From an uncultured delta proteobacterium (GTDB lineage: Bacteria; Desulfobacterota; Desulfobacteria; Desulfobacterales; Desulfatirhabdiaceae), in NCBI GenBank assembly GCA_963789395.1, contig CAWBKP010000024.1, positions 32,001 through 96,000 of the forward strand: a stretch of DNA of 64,000 nt. Reading direction: 5' to 3'. Positions 52,648 through 62,487 of the stretch are shown one piece after another. Below the pieces are notes generated by a model. That model saw only the letters and a list, made by a program, of their open reading frames with translations. It made no database searches and was not told the origin of the DNA. A program made the translations under genes and the position numbers. How positions within the stretch are numbered: the stretch's first letter is position 1; each line of letters starts with the position of its first letter.

Positions 52648-53332
52648 ATGGCAATGAATGTGGTTACCCAGATTGACCCGCTTATCGAAGTTCGCAATGT
52701 ACTGATCAGCGTTTCGGACAAAAGCAATCTCAACCAACTGGTCACCCAGCTCCTTGAGATCAATCCACAAGTGACGCTGTACTCGACGGGAGGCACTTAT
52801 AACGTCATTCGGGAGTTTCTGGGGGACCGGGCCGATGCCCGCCTCAAACAGGTTTCCGACTATACCGGGCAGCCGGAAACCCAGGGCGGGCTGGTCAAAA
52901 CGCTGGATTTCAAGATTTATCTGAGCATTCTCACCGAAACCTACAATGACAGACACCGGCAGGATCTGGCAAGAACCGGAGCGGTGCCCTTTGACATGGT
53001 GGTGGTCAATCTCTATCCTTTCAAGCAGACCATATCCAAGCCGGACGTGACCGTTGAGCAGGCCAGGGGAAACATTGACATCGGGGGCCCCTGCATGATC
53101 CGGGCATCGGCAAAAAATTTCATCCGGGTGGCATCCGTGGTGGATCCGGAAGACTACAGCAGTTATTTTGTCCGAGATGAAAACCGGCAATGGCCGGATT
53201 TCCCTGGATCTTCGTTTCAGGCTGGCCCAGAAGGCATTTGCCCACACTGCCGCCTATGACAGGATGATTGCTGAATACCTGAATGCCAGCGCAATTGAAA
53301 ACGTCAGGGAATGTTATTCTCAAATCGGTTAA
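52648..53332 (+). CDS. purH: PurH N-terminal half (IMP cyclohydrolase/MGS-like), +1 frameshift near 53164
   Basis: LISVSDK, STGGT, VKTL, VVNLYPF, NIDIGGP, SAKNF; +1 frame continues ILSEMK...LAQKAFAHTAAYD to TAA at 53330-53332. Confidence 0.85.
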
Positions 53333-53349
53333 TTTCAAGGAGAGTTGAT

Positions 53350-54600
53350 ATGGCAGACGACCTGAAGAAAATGTATAAAACCATCGTGGACGAGCATTTC
53401 CCGCCGCGCATGGAAATCAGCTTTGTCGATGAAACCGGCCGCCAGACCCTTTTTTTTGAAAAAGTGCTCTGGAATATCAAAGGCGAGCAGAAAGGCCTGC
53501 GATATGGCGAAAATCCGGGACAGGAAGCGGCGCTGTTCAAACTGGTCAACGGCAATCTGATTCTCGGAGAAACCCGGACCATCCGGCCGGGCCAGTATCT
53601 GGCGTCCGACATCGAACTGCTTCAGTCCGGCAAACATCCCGGGAAAACCAATGTTACCGATGCGGACAATGCCCTGAACATCCTGCGGTATTTCATGGAT
53701 ACGCCCACGGCCGTTATCGTCAAGCACAACAACCCCTGCGGCGTTGCCCAGTCCGATGTGCTTGCGGATGCCTATCATAAAGCCATGATCGCGGACCGGG
53801 TGGCGGCCTTCGGCGGCTGCATCGCGGTCAACCGGCCTATTGATAAGGCGACCGCCGAGGCCATCAGCAATCAATATGCTGAAGTCGTTGTGGCGCCCGA
53901 ATTTGAAGACGGCGTCATGGACATTTTTTCGGCCAAAAAGAATCTGCGGGTCGTTCGCATTCTGAACATCGCACGTCTACAGGATTTTGTCGGCCAGCGT
54001 TTTGTGGATTTCAAAAGTCTGATGGACGGCGGCCTTGTCGCCCAGTGGTCTTTTGTTCCCCAGGCCAGGACAAAGGCGGATTTAAAACTGGCTGCCTGCG
54101 ACTACAAGGGCAAATCCTATTCGATTCTTCGCAAACCCACGGACAAAGAGTACCGGGACATGCTCTTCGGGTGGCTGGTCGAAGCCGGTGTGACCTCCAA
54201 TTCGGTGATTTACGTCAAGGACCGGACTACCGTGGGCATCGGAACCGGGGAGCAGGACCGGGTCGGAGTGGCCGAAATCGCACGGGACAAGGCTTACCGT
54301 AAGCTTGCCGACCGGTACTGCTTCGAAACCCTCGGCATCGCCTACAACGATTTGAAGGATCCGGAAAAGAAAGCAGAAATTGACAGCCGTGTTGCATCTG
54401 AAAACGGGGGGCTGAAAGGTTCGGCCATGGTCAGCGATGCATTTTTTCCTTTCCGGGACGGCGTGGATGTCGGTCTTGGCGAAGGCGTTTGCTGCGTCAT
54501 CCAGCCAGGCGGATCTGACAATGACTACCAGTCCATCGAAGCCTGCAATGAAGCCGGCGCCACCATGGTCTACACCGGGCAGAGAAGCTTCAAGCACTGA
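53350..54600 (+). CDS. purH: PurH C-terminal half (AICAR transformylase)
   Basis: LRYGENPGQ, IVKHNNPCGVA, AFGG, SNSV, SDAFFPFRDG, IQPGGS, RSFKH; own AAGGAG RBS. Confidence 0.9.
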   Translation: MADDLKKMYKTIVDEHFPPRMEISFVDETGRQTLFFEKVLWNIKGEQKGLRYGENPGQEAALFKLVNGNLILGETRTIRPGQYLASDIELLQSGKHPGKTNVTDADNALNILRYFMDTPTAVIVKHNNPCGVAQSDVLADAYHKAMIADRVAAFGGCIAVNRPIDKATAEAISNQYAEVVVAPEFEDGVMDIFSAKKNLRVVRILNIARLQDFVGQRFVDFKSLMDGGLVAQWSFVPQARTKADLKLAACDYKGKSYSILRKPTDKEYRDMLFGWLVEAGVTSNSVIYVKDRTTVGIGTGEQDRVGVAEIARDKAYRKLADRYCFETLGIAYNDLKDPEKKAEIDSRVASENGGLKGSAMVSDAFFPFRDGVDVGLGEGVCCVIQPGGSDNDYQSIEACNEAGATMVYTGQRSFKH

Positions 54601-54772
54601 TGATTCTGGTTTTTCATCAATCCGCTTGAAAACCTGACAAAGGGCACCTCTCCTGATACAGTTGGCTGAGGGGGCCAGCGGAAGTGATTTGACTGGAAAG
54701 AAATCAGGAAAAAACTCAAGCACTTTACTTTATCCGGGCCGGGGAAGCCGGTCTGCTTGAAAAAGCCAAGAA

Positions 54773-57313
54773 ATGCCTAACTCCCCGGTTTCCTATTATT
54801 CCCGGCCGCTGGTTGCCCTTCTTGGGGCTCTGGTAGCCGGAATCCTTATCGGTACGGGCGCCCCGGACCACTGGATATGGGTTTGGCCCGTGGTTCTTGC
54901 CGGAATATCCGGAATCCTCTACGGCATCATCCGGCGTGCCCCGATACGGCTGGCGCCCCTTATCCTCCTTGTCGCCGCAGGTTATGTTTCAATTCAGCCC
55001 TGGGTAACGTCAAGACTTCCCGATCACCATATTTCGCAGTTTATCACCAACGCCTCGTGGAAAATCTCCGGCGTCATGGATTCTCCCGCCTGGGTTGATA
55101 GCCTGCGCCAGAAATTCGATCTGACGGTTGAAACCCTGGAAACCGAACACGGCATTGTTCCGGTTACCGGAAAATTACGGGTAAGCATAGAAGGGGAAAC
55201 CCTGGACCTGAACATCGGGGATCGGATCCGTTTTGCGGGCCGAATAAGCCCGCTGCACAATTTTCAAAACCCCGGCCGATTCGACTACCGGCAGTACATG
55301 GCGTTCAGCGGCATTTACGGATCGGTTTTTGTGCAAAGCAGCGATATCGAACGGACGGCGGCGCATCCGGGCGGGTTTTTTCAGGGCATTTCCCGCATTC
55401 GTAAAACGATTTCCAGAACCCTGGACGATATCGGCCAAGCAGATGAAAGGGAAGTGCTGAAAGCCCTTCTCATCGGGGAGCGCGGCGGTGTTTCAGAACG
55501 GATAACGGAAAATTTCAGCAGAGCCGGAGCCAGTCACCTGCTGGCCATTTCCGGCCTTCATGTTGGGATTGTGGCCGCAGCTTCTTTTTTCAGTTTTCGA
55601 TGGTTACTCAGCTGGTTTCCGTTTTTCCTCTGGCATGCCTGGACGCGAAAAGGCGCTGCCATCCTTTCCGTGATACCGGTAATCGGATATGGCATGGTTT
55701 CCGGCATGTCGCCTTCGACCCAAAGAGCCGTCATTATGGTCATCATCTTTCTGATGACATTTTTAATCCATAAGGAACATGAGCCGCTAAATACCGTGGC
55801 GACAGCTGCGATTCTGATTCTGATCTTTCACCCGCCGGCCCTTTTCGCGATTTCTTTTCAGCTCTCATTCACATCGGTTTTTGCCATTCTTTATATTCTG
55901 CCCAGATTCCGGCAACCGGATGGTGATATTTCAGATATCCGCAATCGCATAAAAAATTACGTTTACTCTTCCCTGGGAGTCACCCTGGCCGCCACCCTGG
56001 GCGTTCTGCCGCTGGTGATGGTGTATTTTAACCAGATCTCCCTGATCAGTCCGGCTGCCAATCTGGTTCTGATTCCACTCGTTGGGTTCGGAGTGGTTCC
56101 CTTTGGACTGGTATTCGCCGGCATATCGCTGGTTGCTCCGGTTGTTTCTTTGTGGGGACTGAATCTGTGTGCCGCCATCCTGAAAATCGCCTTGCGCCTT
56201 GCTGATTTATTTGCGACACTTCCGTTTGCCGCCGTAAAGACCATTACGCCTTCCGTGCTGGAATTAATCTGCGTGTATACGCTATTGCTCTCGTTGATTG
56301 CCCTGAAAAGCAAACCGGTTTCAGATTCCCAAATGCCGGGACTTATTTCAGTGAGAAACCGGACAGGCTTGCCGGCAGGCGTAAAACACATGCTGTGGAT
56401 GCTTTCCGTCACATCGGCAATTCTGCTGGGTCTGGATACGCTCTACTGGGGATATCAGCGGTTTTTGCGCCCCGATTTCAGGGTGACGGTCCTGGATGTG
56501 GGTCAGGGTACGGCCAGCCTTCTGGAATTTCCCAGAGGCCCCGTCATGCTGATCGACGCCGGCGGTTTTTCGAATGTTTCCGCTTTTGATATGGGGAAAA
56601 TGGTGGTTGCGCCGATGCTGTGGCGAAAGAAAATCAGGTCCGTTGACGTCCTGGTACTGTCCCATGCCAACAGCGATCATGTTAACGGCATGGCCTACAT
56701 CGCTGAAAATTTTCATGTGAAAACCCTCTGGGCCAACACTGAGCCGGAAGACAGCGCGGGGTACCTGCGGTTTATGCAGGTTCTTGAGGCGCTGAGGCTG
56801 TTTCCCGAAGATTTTAAAACATTTCCCCGGCATCATGAAATCAATGGCGTGTCCCTGGACATTGTCAACCCGCCGCCGGATTTTATGGAAAAGCGGCAGA
56901 TGGAGGCCTGGCGGGATATCAACAACAATTCCCTTGCGGTGCATGCCCGTTTTGGAACGATCACACTGCTGTTTCCCGGAGATATCAAATCCGCAGCTGA
57001 AAAAGAAATGGTTGCCGGCTACGGAGACCGACTCCAGAGCCGGATCCTGATCGCACCGCACCACGGCAGCAAGTCCTCAAATTCCGAAGTATTTGTTGAA
57101 GCAGTCAAGCCGGAGATTGTTATTTTTACAACCGGCCGGAATAATCGCTTTAATTTTCCGCATCCATCAGTTATAAAGCGTTATCAGGATATGGGCGCGA
57201 CACTGATGAATACGGCATTCAGCGGGGCGGTAAGTATCTCTACGGATGGAAATGCGCTGACAATCACCCCGTTTACCTCTAAAATTGCGGAGAATCACGA
57301 TGGTAACATTTGA
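54773..57313 (+). CDS. comEC: DNA uptake channel ComEC/Rec2
   Basis: NPGRFDY, HLLAISGLHVG, SFQLSF, LDVGQG, SHANSDH, PHHGS. Confidence 0.93.
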   Translation: MPNSPVSYYSRPLVALLGALVAGILIGTGAPDHWIWVWPVVLAGISGILYGIIRRAPIRLAPLILLVAAGYVSIQPWVTSRLPDHHISQFITNASWKISGVMDSPAWVDSLRQKFDLTVETLETEHGIVPVTGKLRVSIEGETLDLNIGDRIRFAGRISPLHNFQNPGRFDYRQYMAFSGIYGSVFVQSSDIERTAAHPGGFFQGISRIRKTISRTLDDIGQADEREVLKALLIGERGGVSERITENFSRAGASHLLAISGLHVGIVAAASFFSFRWLLSWFPFFLWHAWTRKGAAILSVIPVIGYGMVSGMSPSTQRAVIMVIIFLMTFLIHKEHEPLNTVATAAILILIFHPPALFAISFQLSFTSVFAILYILPRFRQPDGDISDIRNRIKNYVYSSLGVTLAATLGVLPLVMVYFNQISLISPAANLVLIPLVGFGVVPFGLVFAGISLVAPVVSLWGLNLCAAILKIALRLADLFATLPFAAVKTITPSVLELICVYTLLLSLIALKSKPVSDSQMPGLISVRNRTGLPAGVKHMLWMLSVTSAILLGLDTLYWGYQRFLRPDFRVTVLDVGQGTASLLEFPRGPVMLIDAGGFSNVSAFDMGKMVVAPMLWRKKIRSVDVLVLSHANSDHVNGMAYIAENFHVKTLWANTEPEDSAGYLRFMQVLEALRLFPEDFKTFPRHHEINGVSLDIVNPPPDFMEKRQMEAWRDINNNSLAVHARFGTITLLFPGDIKSAAEKEMVAGYGDRLQSRILIAPHHGSKSSNSEVFVEAVKPEIVIFTTGRNNRFNFPHPSVIKRYQDMGATLMNTAFSGAVSISTDGNALTITPFTSKIAENHDGNI

Positions 57314-58611
57314 ATCCCTTGCAGAACAAAAAAGACAAGATCGCGGTTGTGGGTCTGGGATATGTGGGCTTGCCGCTGGCCGTTCATCTGTCCCGGCATT
57401 TTGAAGTTGTCGGGTACGATTTGAAGGCGGAGCGGATCCGCGAACTGAAAGACGGCAAGGACAGAACCCTTGAAATTTCCGAAAGCGATCTTGCCGAGGC
57501 CCGTATTGATTTTACCTCGGATTCATCGGCGCTTGGCCGGTGCCGGCTGATTATCGTTGCGGTTCCAACACCCATCGATGACTACCGCATTCCGGATTTG
57601 AACCCGCTCCGGGGCGCATCCGCTGCCGTCGGCAAAGTCATGAAACAGGGCACCTGCGTTGTCTTTGAATCCACGGTTTACCCGGGCGCCACCGAGGAAG
57701 TCTGCGTGCCGATCATGGAAAAAGAGTCCGGAATGAAGCTGGGAGTTGATTTTACAGCCGGGTATTCGCCGGAGCGGATCAATCCCGGAGACAAGGAGCA
57801 TACCATTGATCGAATCGTCAAGGTGGTCTCCGGATCGGACCCGGCAACCACGACGCTGCTCAGCAAAGTTTACGGGGAGGTTGTTTCCGTGGGCGTTCAT
57901 CCGGTTTCCTCCATCAAGGTGGCAGAGGCCGCAAAAGTGATCGAGAACACCCAGCGGGACCTGAACATCGCCCTGATGAACGAACTGGCCATGATATTCG
58001 ACAAGATGGGTATCGATACCACCGAGGTGCTGAAGGCTGCCGGAACCAAGTGGAATTTTCTGCCCTTCAGGCCGGGTCTTGTCGGCGGCCACTGTATCGG
58101 CGTAGATCCGTATTACCTGACATTCAAGGCAGAATCCCTGGGGTATCATCCGGAAATGATTCTGGCCGGAAGACGCATCAACGACAACATGGCCAAATTC
58201 ATCGCCGAGCGCACCGTGAAGATCCTGATCAACTCCAGCAAACAGGTGCGTGATTCCCGCGTGGCGGTTATGGGGCTCACCTTCAAGGAAAACGTGCCGG
58301 ACCTCAGAAACACGAAGGTCGTGGACATCATTTCCGAATTGAAAACCTATGGCATGAATGTCGTGGTTCACGATCCGATTGCGGACCCGGATGAAGCCAT
58401 GGCCTATTATGGCATCGCGCTTCAGCCCCTGGAAGCCCTGGGCCGGGTGGATGCGGTCATCGTGGCCGTGATTCACGATGCATACAAATCCATGGGGCTT
58501 TCCCGGATGGCCCGGCTTTGCTACGACGGATGTCCGATTGTCATTGACATCAAGAGTGCTTTCGATCCGGAAGTCGCCGGCCGAGATGAAATTCGTTACT
58601 GGAGACTGTAA
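57310..58611 (+). CDS. Nucleotide-sugar dehydrogenase (UDP-GlcNAc/GalNAc 6-dehydrogenase, TviB/WbpO-like)
   Basis: GLGYVGLPLA, ESTVYPG, SPERINPGD, KVIENTQRD, GGHCIGVDPYYL, FKENVPDLRN. Confidence 0.92.
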   Translation: MNPLQNKKDKIAVVGLGYVGLPLAVHLSRHFEVVGYDLKAERIRELKDGKDRTLEISESDLAEARIDFTSDSSALGRCRLIIVAVPTPIDDYRIPDLNPLRGASAAVGKVMKQGTCVVFESTVYPGATEEVCVPIMEKESGMKLGVDFTAGYSPERINPGDKEHTIDRIVKVVSGSDPATTTLLSKVYGEVVSVGVHPVSSIKVAEAAKVIENTQRDLNIALMNELAMIFDKMGIDTTEVLKAAGTKWNFLPFRPGLVGGHCIGVDPYYLTFKAESLGYHPEMILAGRRINDNMAKFIAERTVKILINSSKQVRDSRVAVMGLTFKENVPDLRNTKVVDIISELKTYGMNVVVHDPIADPDEAMAYYGIALQPLEALGRVDAVIVAVIHDAYKSMGLSRMARLCYDGCPIVIDIKSAFDPEVAGRDEIRYWRL

Positions 58612-58675
58612 GAAGACTTCGGATTGTTGCCTGAACTGACTTTTGGTTCAAGCACGTTGTGAGTTTGTAAGATAA

Positions 58676-59955
58676 TTACTGGGTTTTGTCGATCATGATG
58701 CCCAGCATCGTGTCATCGACCTTGGCCATGCCCAGTTTGCTGATGGCCGTCAGATTCCAGATTGTTTCCTCAGCCGTTCTGCCGACAAACCCTTCGGTCT
58801 GCGTGATGCCATGGTCGTTCATGGCCATGTAGGCGGCGCGGATCGCCGAATCCGTGGAGCTGGCCACTTTCAGGGCGCAGCCGCCCTTGGCGCCGTCGCA
58901 GAGCATTCCCCCCAGGTCGCTGATCAGGTTGTTGACGGCCAGCGTAATTTTCTTATGTCTTTGCCGTGCTGCTGGTACACGATGGCCACGGCAGCGCCGA
59001 CCCCTGCCGCAATCGCGCATCCGCAAAGCGGAGACAGATCCCCGGTAAAACACTTGATATAGCTGTTGATCAAGTGGGACAGGGCGATACTTCTGACAAT
59101 TCTGTCATCTGCGATATGAAAAAATTCGCCGACCTTGTAAGGCACCAGAATCGCCACAATTCCCTGGTTTCCGCTGCCGCCGCTGGACATCACCGGAAAG
59201 CTCAAGCCCGCCATTCGGGCGTCCGCGGCTGAAGCGGTCAGGATTTTGATGGCGGCAAACACGTCTTCCGGAAGAAATCCTTTTTTCATCAGATCGGAAA
59301 TGTAATACCCCACCTTCTGCAGTTTCTGCCCGGCTTCGGCGATTTCCAGGTTCATATCGATGCCGCGCTGAATCTCCCGGCAGTCCGTATCGTCCATGTG
59401 TTCGGCCAGATCCACGAACTCGGCGATGGTCATCCGCTTCAATGTCTTTTTATAGGACTGGCCGCCGGTGCTGCTTCCGGTGTGTTCTCTGGAAAAAATG
59501 GCTTCATTGTTTTTTTCCAGAAGCACAAGATTCGTATGCGAGCCTTCCATGACCGCCCGGGCCGAGTCCTGATCGGTTCTGACGGTGACATCGATATACA
59601 GGTCTTTTCTGAAGGGGTCATAGCCGATGTTGGCTTTTTTCTCCTTTATCAGGGCTTTGGCCTGTGCCAGCGTATCCGTGCCGATCCCTTTTAAAATCTC
59701 CATTTTCAGCTCCGGTTTCCGAATCAATGCACCCAGGACGCCGGCGATCAGATTGCCTTTTTCGCCGCCCGTATTGGGAACGGTGACGGCAAAACCATTC
59801 TTGAAGACCCCGGGATCCACGATGATGCGGATTTCCAGTATCGAGCCTTCAGTCTGCTGGCCGGCAATACTAGCGGCATACGCCACGGCAATCGGCTCCG
59901 TGCAGCCCAGGGCCGGGAAAACTTCGTGTTTCAGAACTTCCTTTAAAATGTTCAA
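58676..59955 (-). CDS. L-cysteine desulfidase / serine dehydratase-alpha family (YhaM/CdsB-like), frameshift near 58950
   Basis: PALGCTEPIAVA, SDAR-like ADARMAG, SGNQG, LSPLCGC, GMLCDGAKGGCALK; one A missing from an A-run; TTG start at 59955. Confidence 0.85.
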
Positions 59956-59995
59956 GATTCTTATCCTTTCAGAGAGAAGACACTGCACCAGGCCG

Positions 59996-61064
59996 TTATT
60001 GCTTTGCACGTGCATATTGATCGGGCCAGGGAATGTCTTCGCCAAGACACTGTGCGGCATGAAGCGGCCAGTAGGGGTCCCGCAGCATCTGCCTTCCCAG
60101 AAATATCGCATCTGCATCGCCGCATACCAGCGTCTGCTCAGCCTGCCGGGGATCGGTGATCAGTCCCACGGCCGCCGTAGGCAATTTGGTCTCCTGGCGA
60201 ATGGCCGCAGCAAAGGGCACCTGAAATCCCGGACCGACTGGAATTTTTGCGTCCACGACAAGGCCTCCGCTGGAACAATCGATCAAATCGATTCCGATAT
60301 CCTGCAACAGCCTGCATAACCTGACGGACTGATCAAGATCCCACCCGCCTTCAACCCAGTCCGTTGCCGAGATGCGGACAAAGACCGGAAGATTTGCCGG
60401 CCAGGCATCGCGGACGGCTCTTGGCGACCTGCAGCGGGAATCTGGCGCGGCCCGCAAAGTCGTCGCCGAATTCATCCGTGCGGCGGTTGGACAGCGGCGA
60501 CAGAAATGAGTGCAGCAGATAACCGTGAGCCATGTGGATTTCGATGACTTTAAAGCCTGCTGTCAGAGCGCGCTTTGCGGCTTCGGCAAAGCGTTCCACC
60601 AGCCCGCCGATTTCAGCAGGGGAAAGTTCCCGCGGAACACAGTGATTCGGGGCAAAGGCAATGGGGCTCGGCGCCAGCGGCTGCCATCCGCCGTCTCCGG
60701 GCATTAAGGGGTTTCCGCTATGCCATGGCCTGAGCGTGGATGCCTTGCGGCCGGCATGTGCGATCTGAAGTCCGGGAACCGCACCCTGGGCGCTGATAAA
60801 AGCGGCAATGCGCTGAAAAGCCGCTGCCTGGTCATCCGTCCAGATGCCGGTGTCATTGGGTGAAATCCGGCCTTCCGGGGCAACGGCCGTTGCTTCGGCC
60901 ATTACCAGTCCCGCGCCGCCCACGGCCCGGCTGCCGAGATGCACCAGATGCCAGTCCGTAGGCATGCCATCGATGCAGGAATACTGACACATCGGGGATA
61001 CAAATATCCGGTTTTTAAACGCCACTTCGCGAAGACGAAGTGGTGAAAACAGCAAAGTCGCCAT
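59996..61064 (-). CDS. NADH:flavin oxidoreductase (Old Yellow Enzyme, YqjM/NamA-like), +1 frameshift near 60420
   Basis: SPMCQYS, EATAV, HAGRKAS, HMAHGYLL, NRRTDEF; second frame RISATDW, DCSSGG, RDPYW. Confidence 0.9.
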
Positions 61065-61195
61065 CGATAATTTCTCCTTAACCTGTCGTATTACGCTGAG
61101 TTATCGGCCATCAGGATCGTATTCATCACTTCTCAGGTGATAATCGCGATCGCGCTGAACAGTCACATGTCCGGATTGGGGTTTTCAGTCGCCGG

Positions 61196-61828
61196 CTATT
61201 TGGTGCCGGCTGCTTTTTTAAGCCGGGAGTAAAGCAGTCTTCCTGTCATGGCCAGGCATTCCGGATCCAGATAATTTTCAGCCCGCCGCTCAAAGAGCAG
61301 GGAACATGTCGCAGGCCATAAGTTCTCTTGATCATTGTCGATGTCATTAAACAGCAGGATGACCGGGAATCCGGGGAAGTGCATCAAATTGCACGGACAG
61401 GTCATAAGCGGCCTGGATCGCGGGCCGAGATCCGCCCAATTTATTGCATGAAGCCTGCAATTCCCCGTTTCCCTGAAAAATGGTCTGCGATGGCCCGTTC
61501 GACCTCGTTTGCAAAATAAACTGTCAACGGACCCGAATCCTTAAGATCTTTAAAAGATACCCATTCCGTTGCTTCCGGACGCCGTCTCCGGGCAAAGCAG
61601 AAGATATTTGCACAGAATAACCCGGACATCAAAACCAGGCTCAGTTCCTGACGGGTCCGTGATGCCTTCCTGAGAAACCCGGTAATGCCTGTCAAAGAGC
61701 GGGACGAACACATCCTTTCCCTGCACCCTCACGCCCAGCAAATGCTCCAAACCTGCCAGGTAGCTTCCGCCGAACTGGGCCAGGTAATTCCGATACGTTG
61801 TTTCAAAAACGCTTGCAGCCGATTTCAT
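61196..61828 (-). pseudogene. DUF3786 protein broken by three frameshifts (near 61578, 61465, 61365)
   Basis: Stitched frames: ...VILCKYLLLCP / EWVSFKDLKDSGPL...FSGK / ELQASCNKLGG...YDLSVQFDALPRIP / VILLFND...CSLLFERRAENYLDPECLA. Confidence 0.75.
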
Positions 61829-62162
61829 GATGGATAATCAATTCACTTTTGGAACGATTGTTTTTTGTGATCCGTCAAAATGCTTTTAAGGATAATTGGA
61901 GTTTTGCCATCGGTCAATAAAAGTATGCATCTTTTTTCAATCAAACTGCTACAGATTTGTCTGTTGGGGAATGTCCAGGGCATCAGAAAGATCCGTCTCG
62001 TTCTTTAGATGTCACTGAAAGGCAGGTGAAGCCGGAAGGTCTGTTTTTCGAAAATTAGGGATTTAATGGCGGACGCCTGATCTGGGGAATTGCCTGAATG
62101 CGGGGAAGCTGGTATAAAGTGATCCTGTTTTTGTTTTGCAACCCGATATCACAGGTGCTCTC

Positions 62163-62417
62163 TTGCATAAACGACAGCTGACGATTCGTTACGTTATTTT
62201 TTACATTCTGTTTTTACCCGACTCCTGGCAAGTTCTGGCAGGAGCCATTGCCGCCTATTTTCTGGCCCCCCATATCGAATTGCCGACCACGGGATTCGGT
62301 GCCGGCGTCATGGTCTATATCATGATCGCAGTCATCGGGTATGCCGCCACCCGTGTTCCGGCCCAATGGGTCACGCGGAAATTGGTAAAGTGGATGCTGG
62401 GCGATAAACGGTCCTGA
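62163..62417 (+). CDS. Small membrane protein of unknown function
   Basis: Two to three hydrophobic segments (FYILFLPDSWQVL...VYIMIAVIGY); TTG start after CAGGTG. Confidence 0.65.
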   Translation: MHKRQLTIRYVIFYILFLPDSWQVLAGAIAAYFLAPHIELPTTGFGAGVMVYIMIAVIGYAATRVPAQWVTRKLVKWMLGDKRS

Positions 62418-62487
62418 CCCGTCCACGGATATTGCTACCGGAACAAGCAATGCACCGCCTTTGCATCAGGCGGTGCGTGAAATCATC

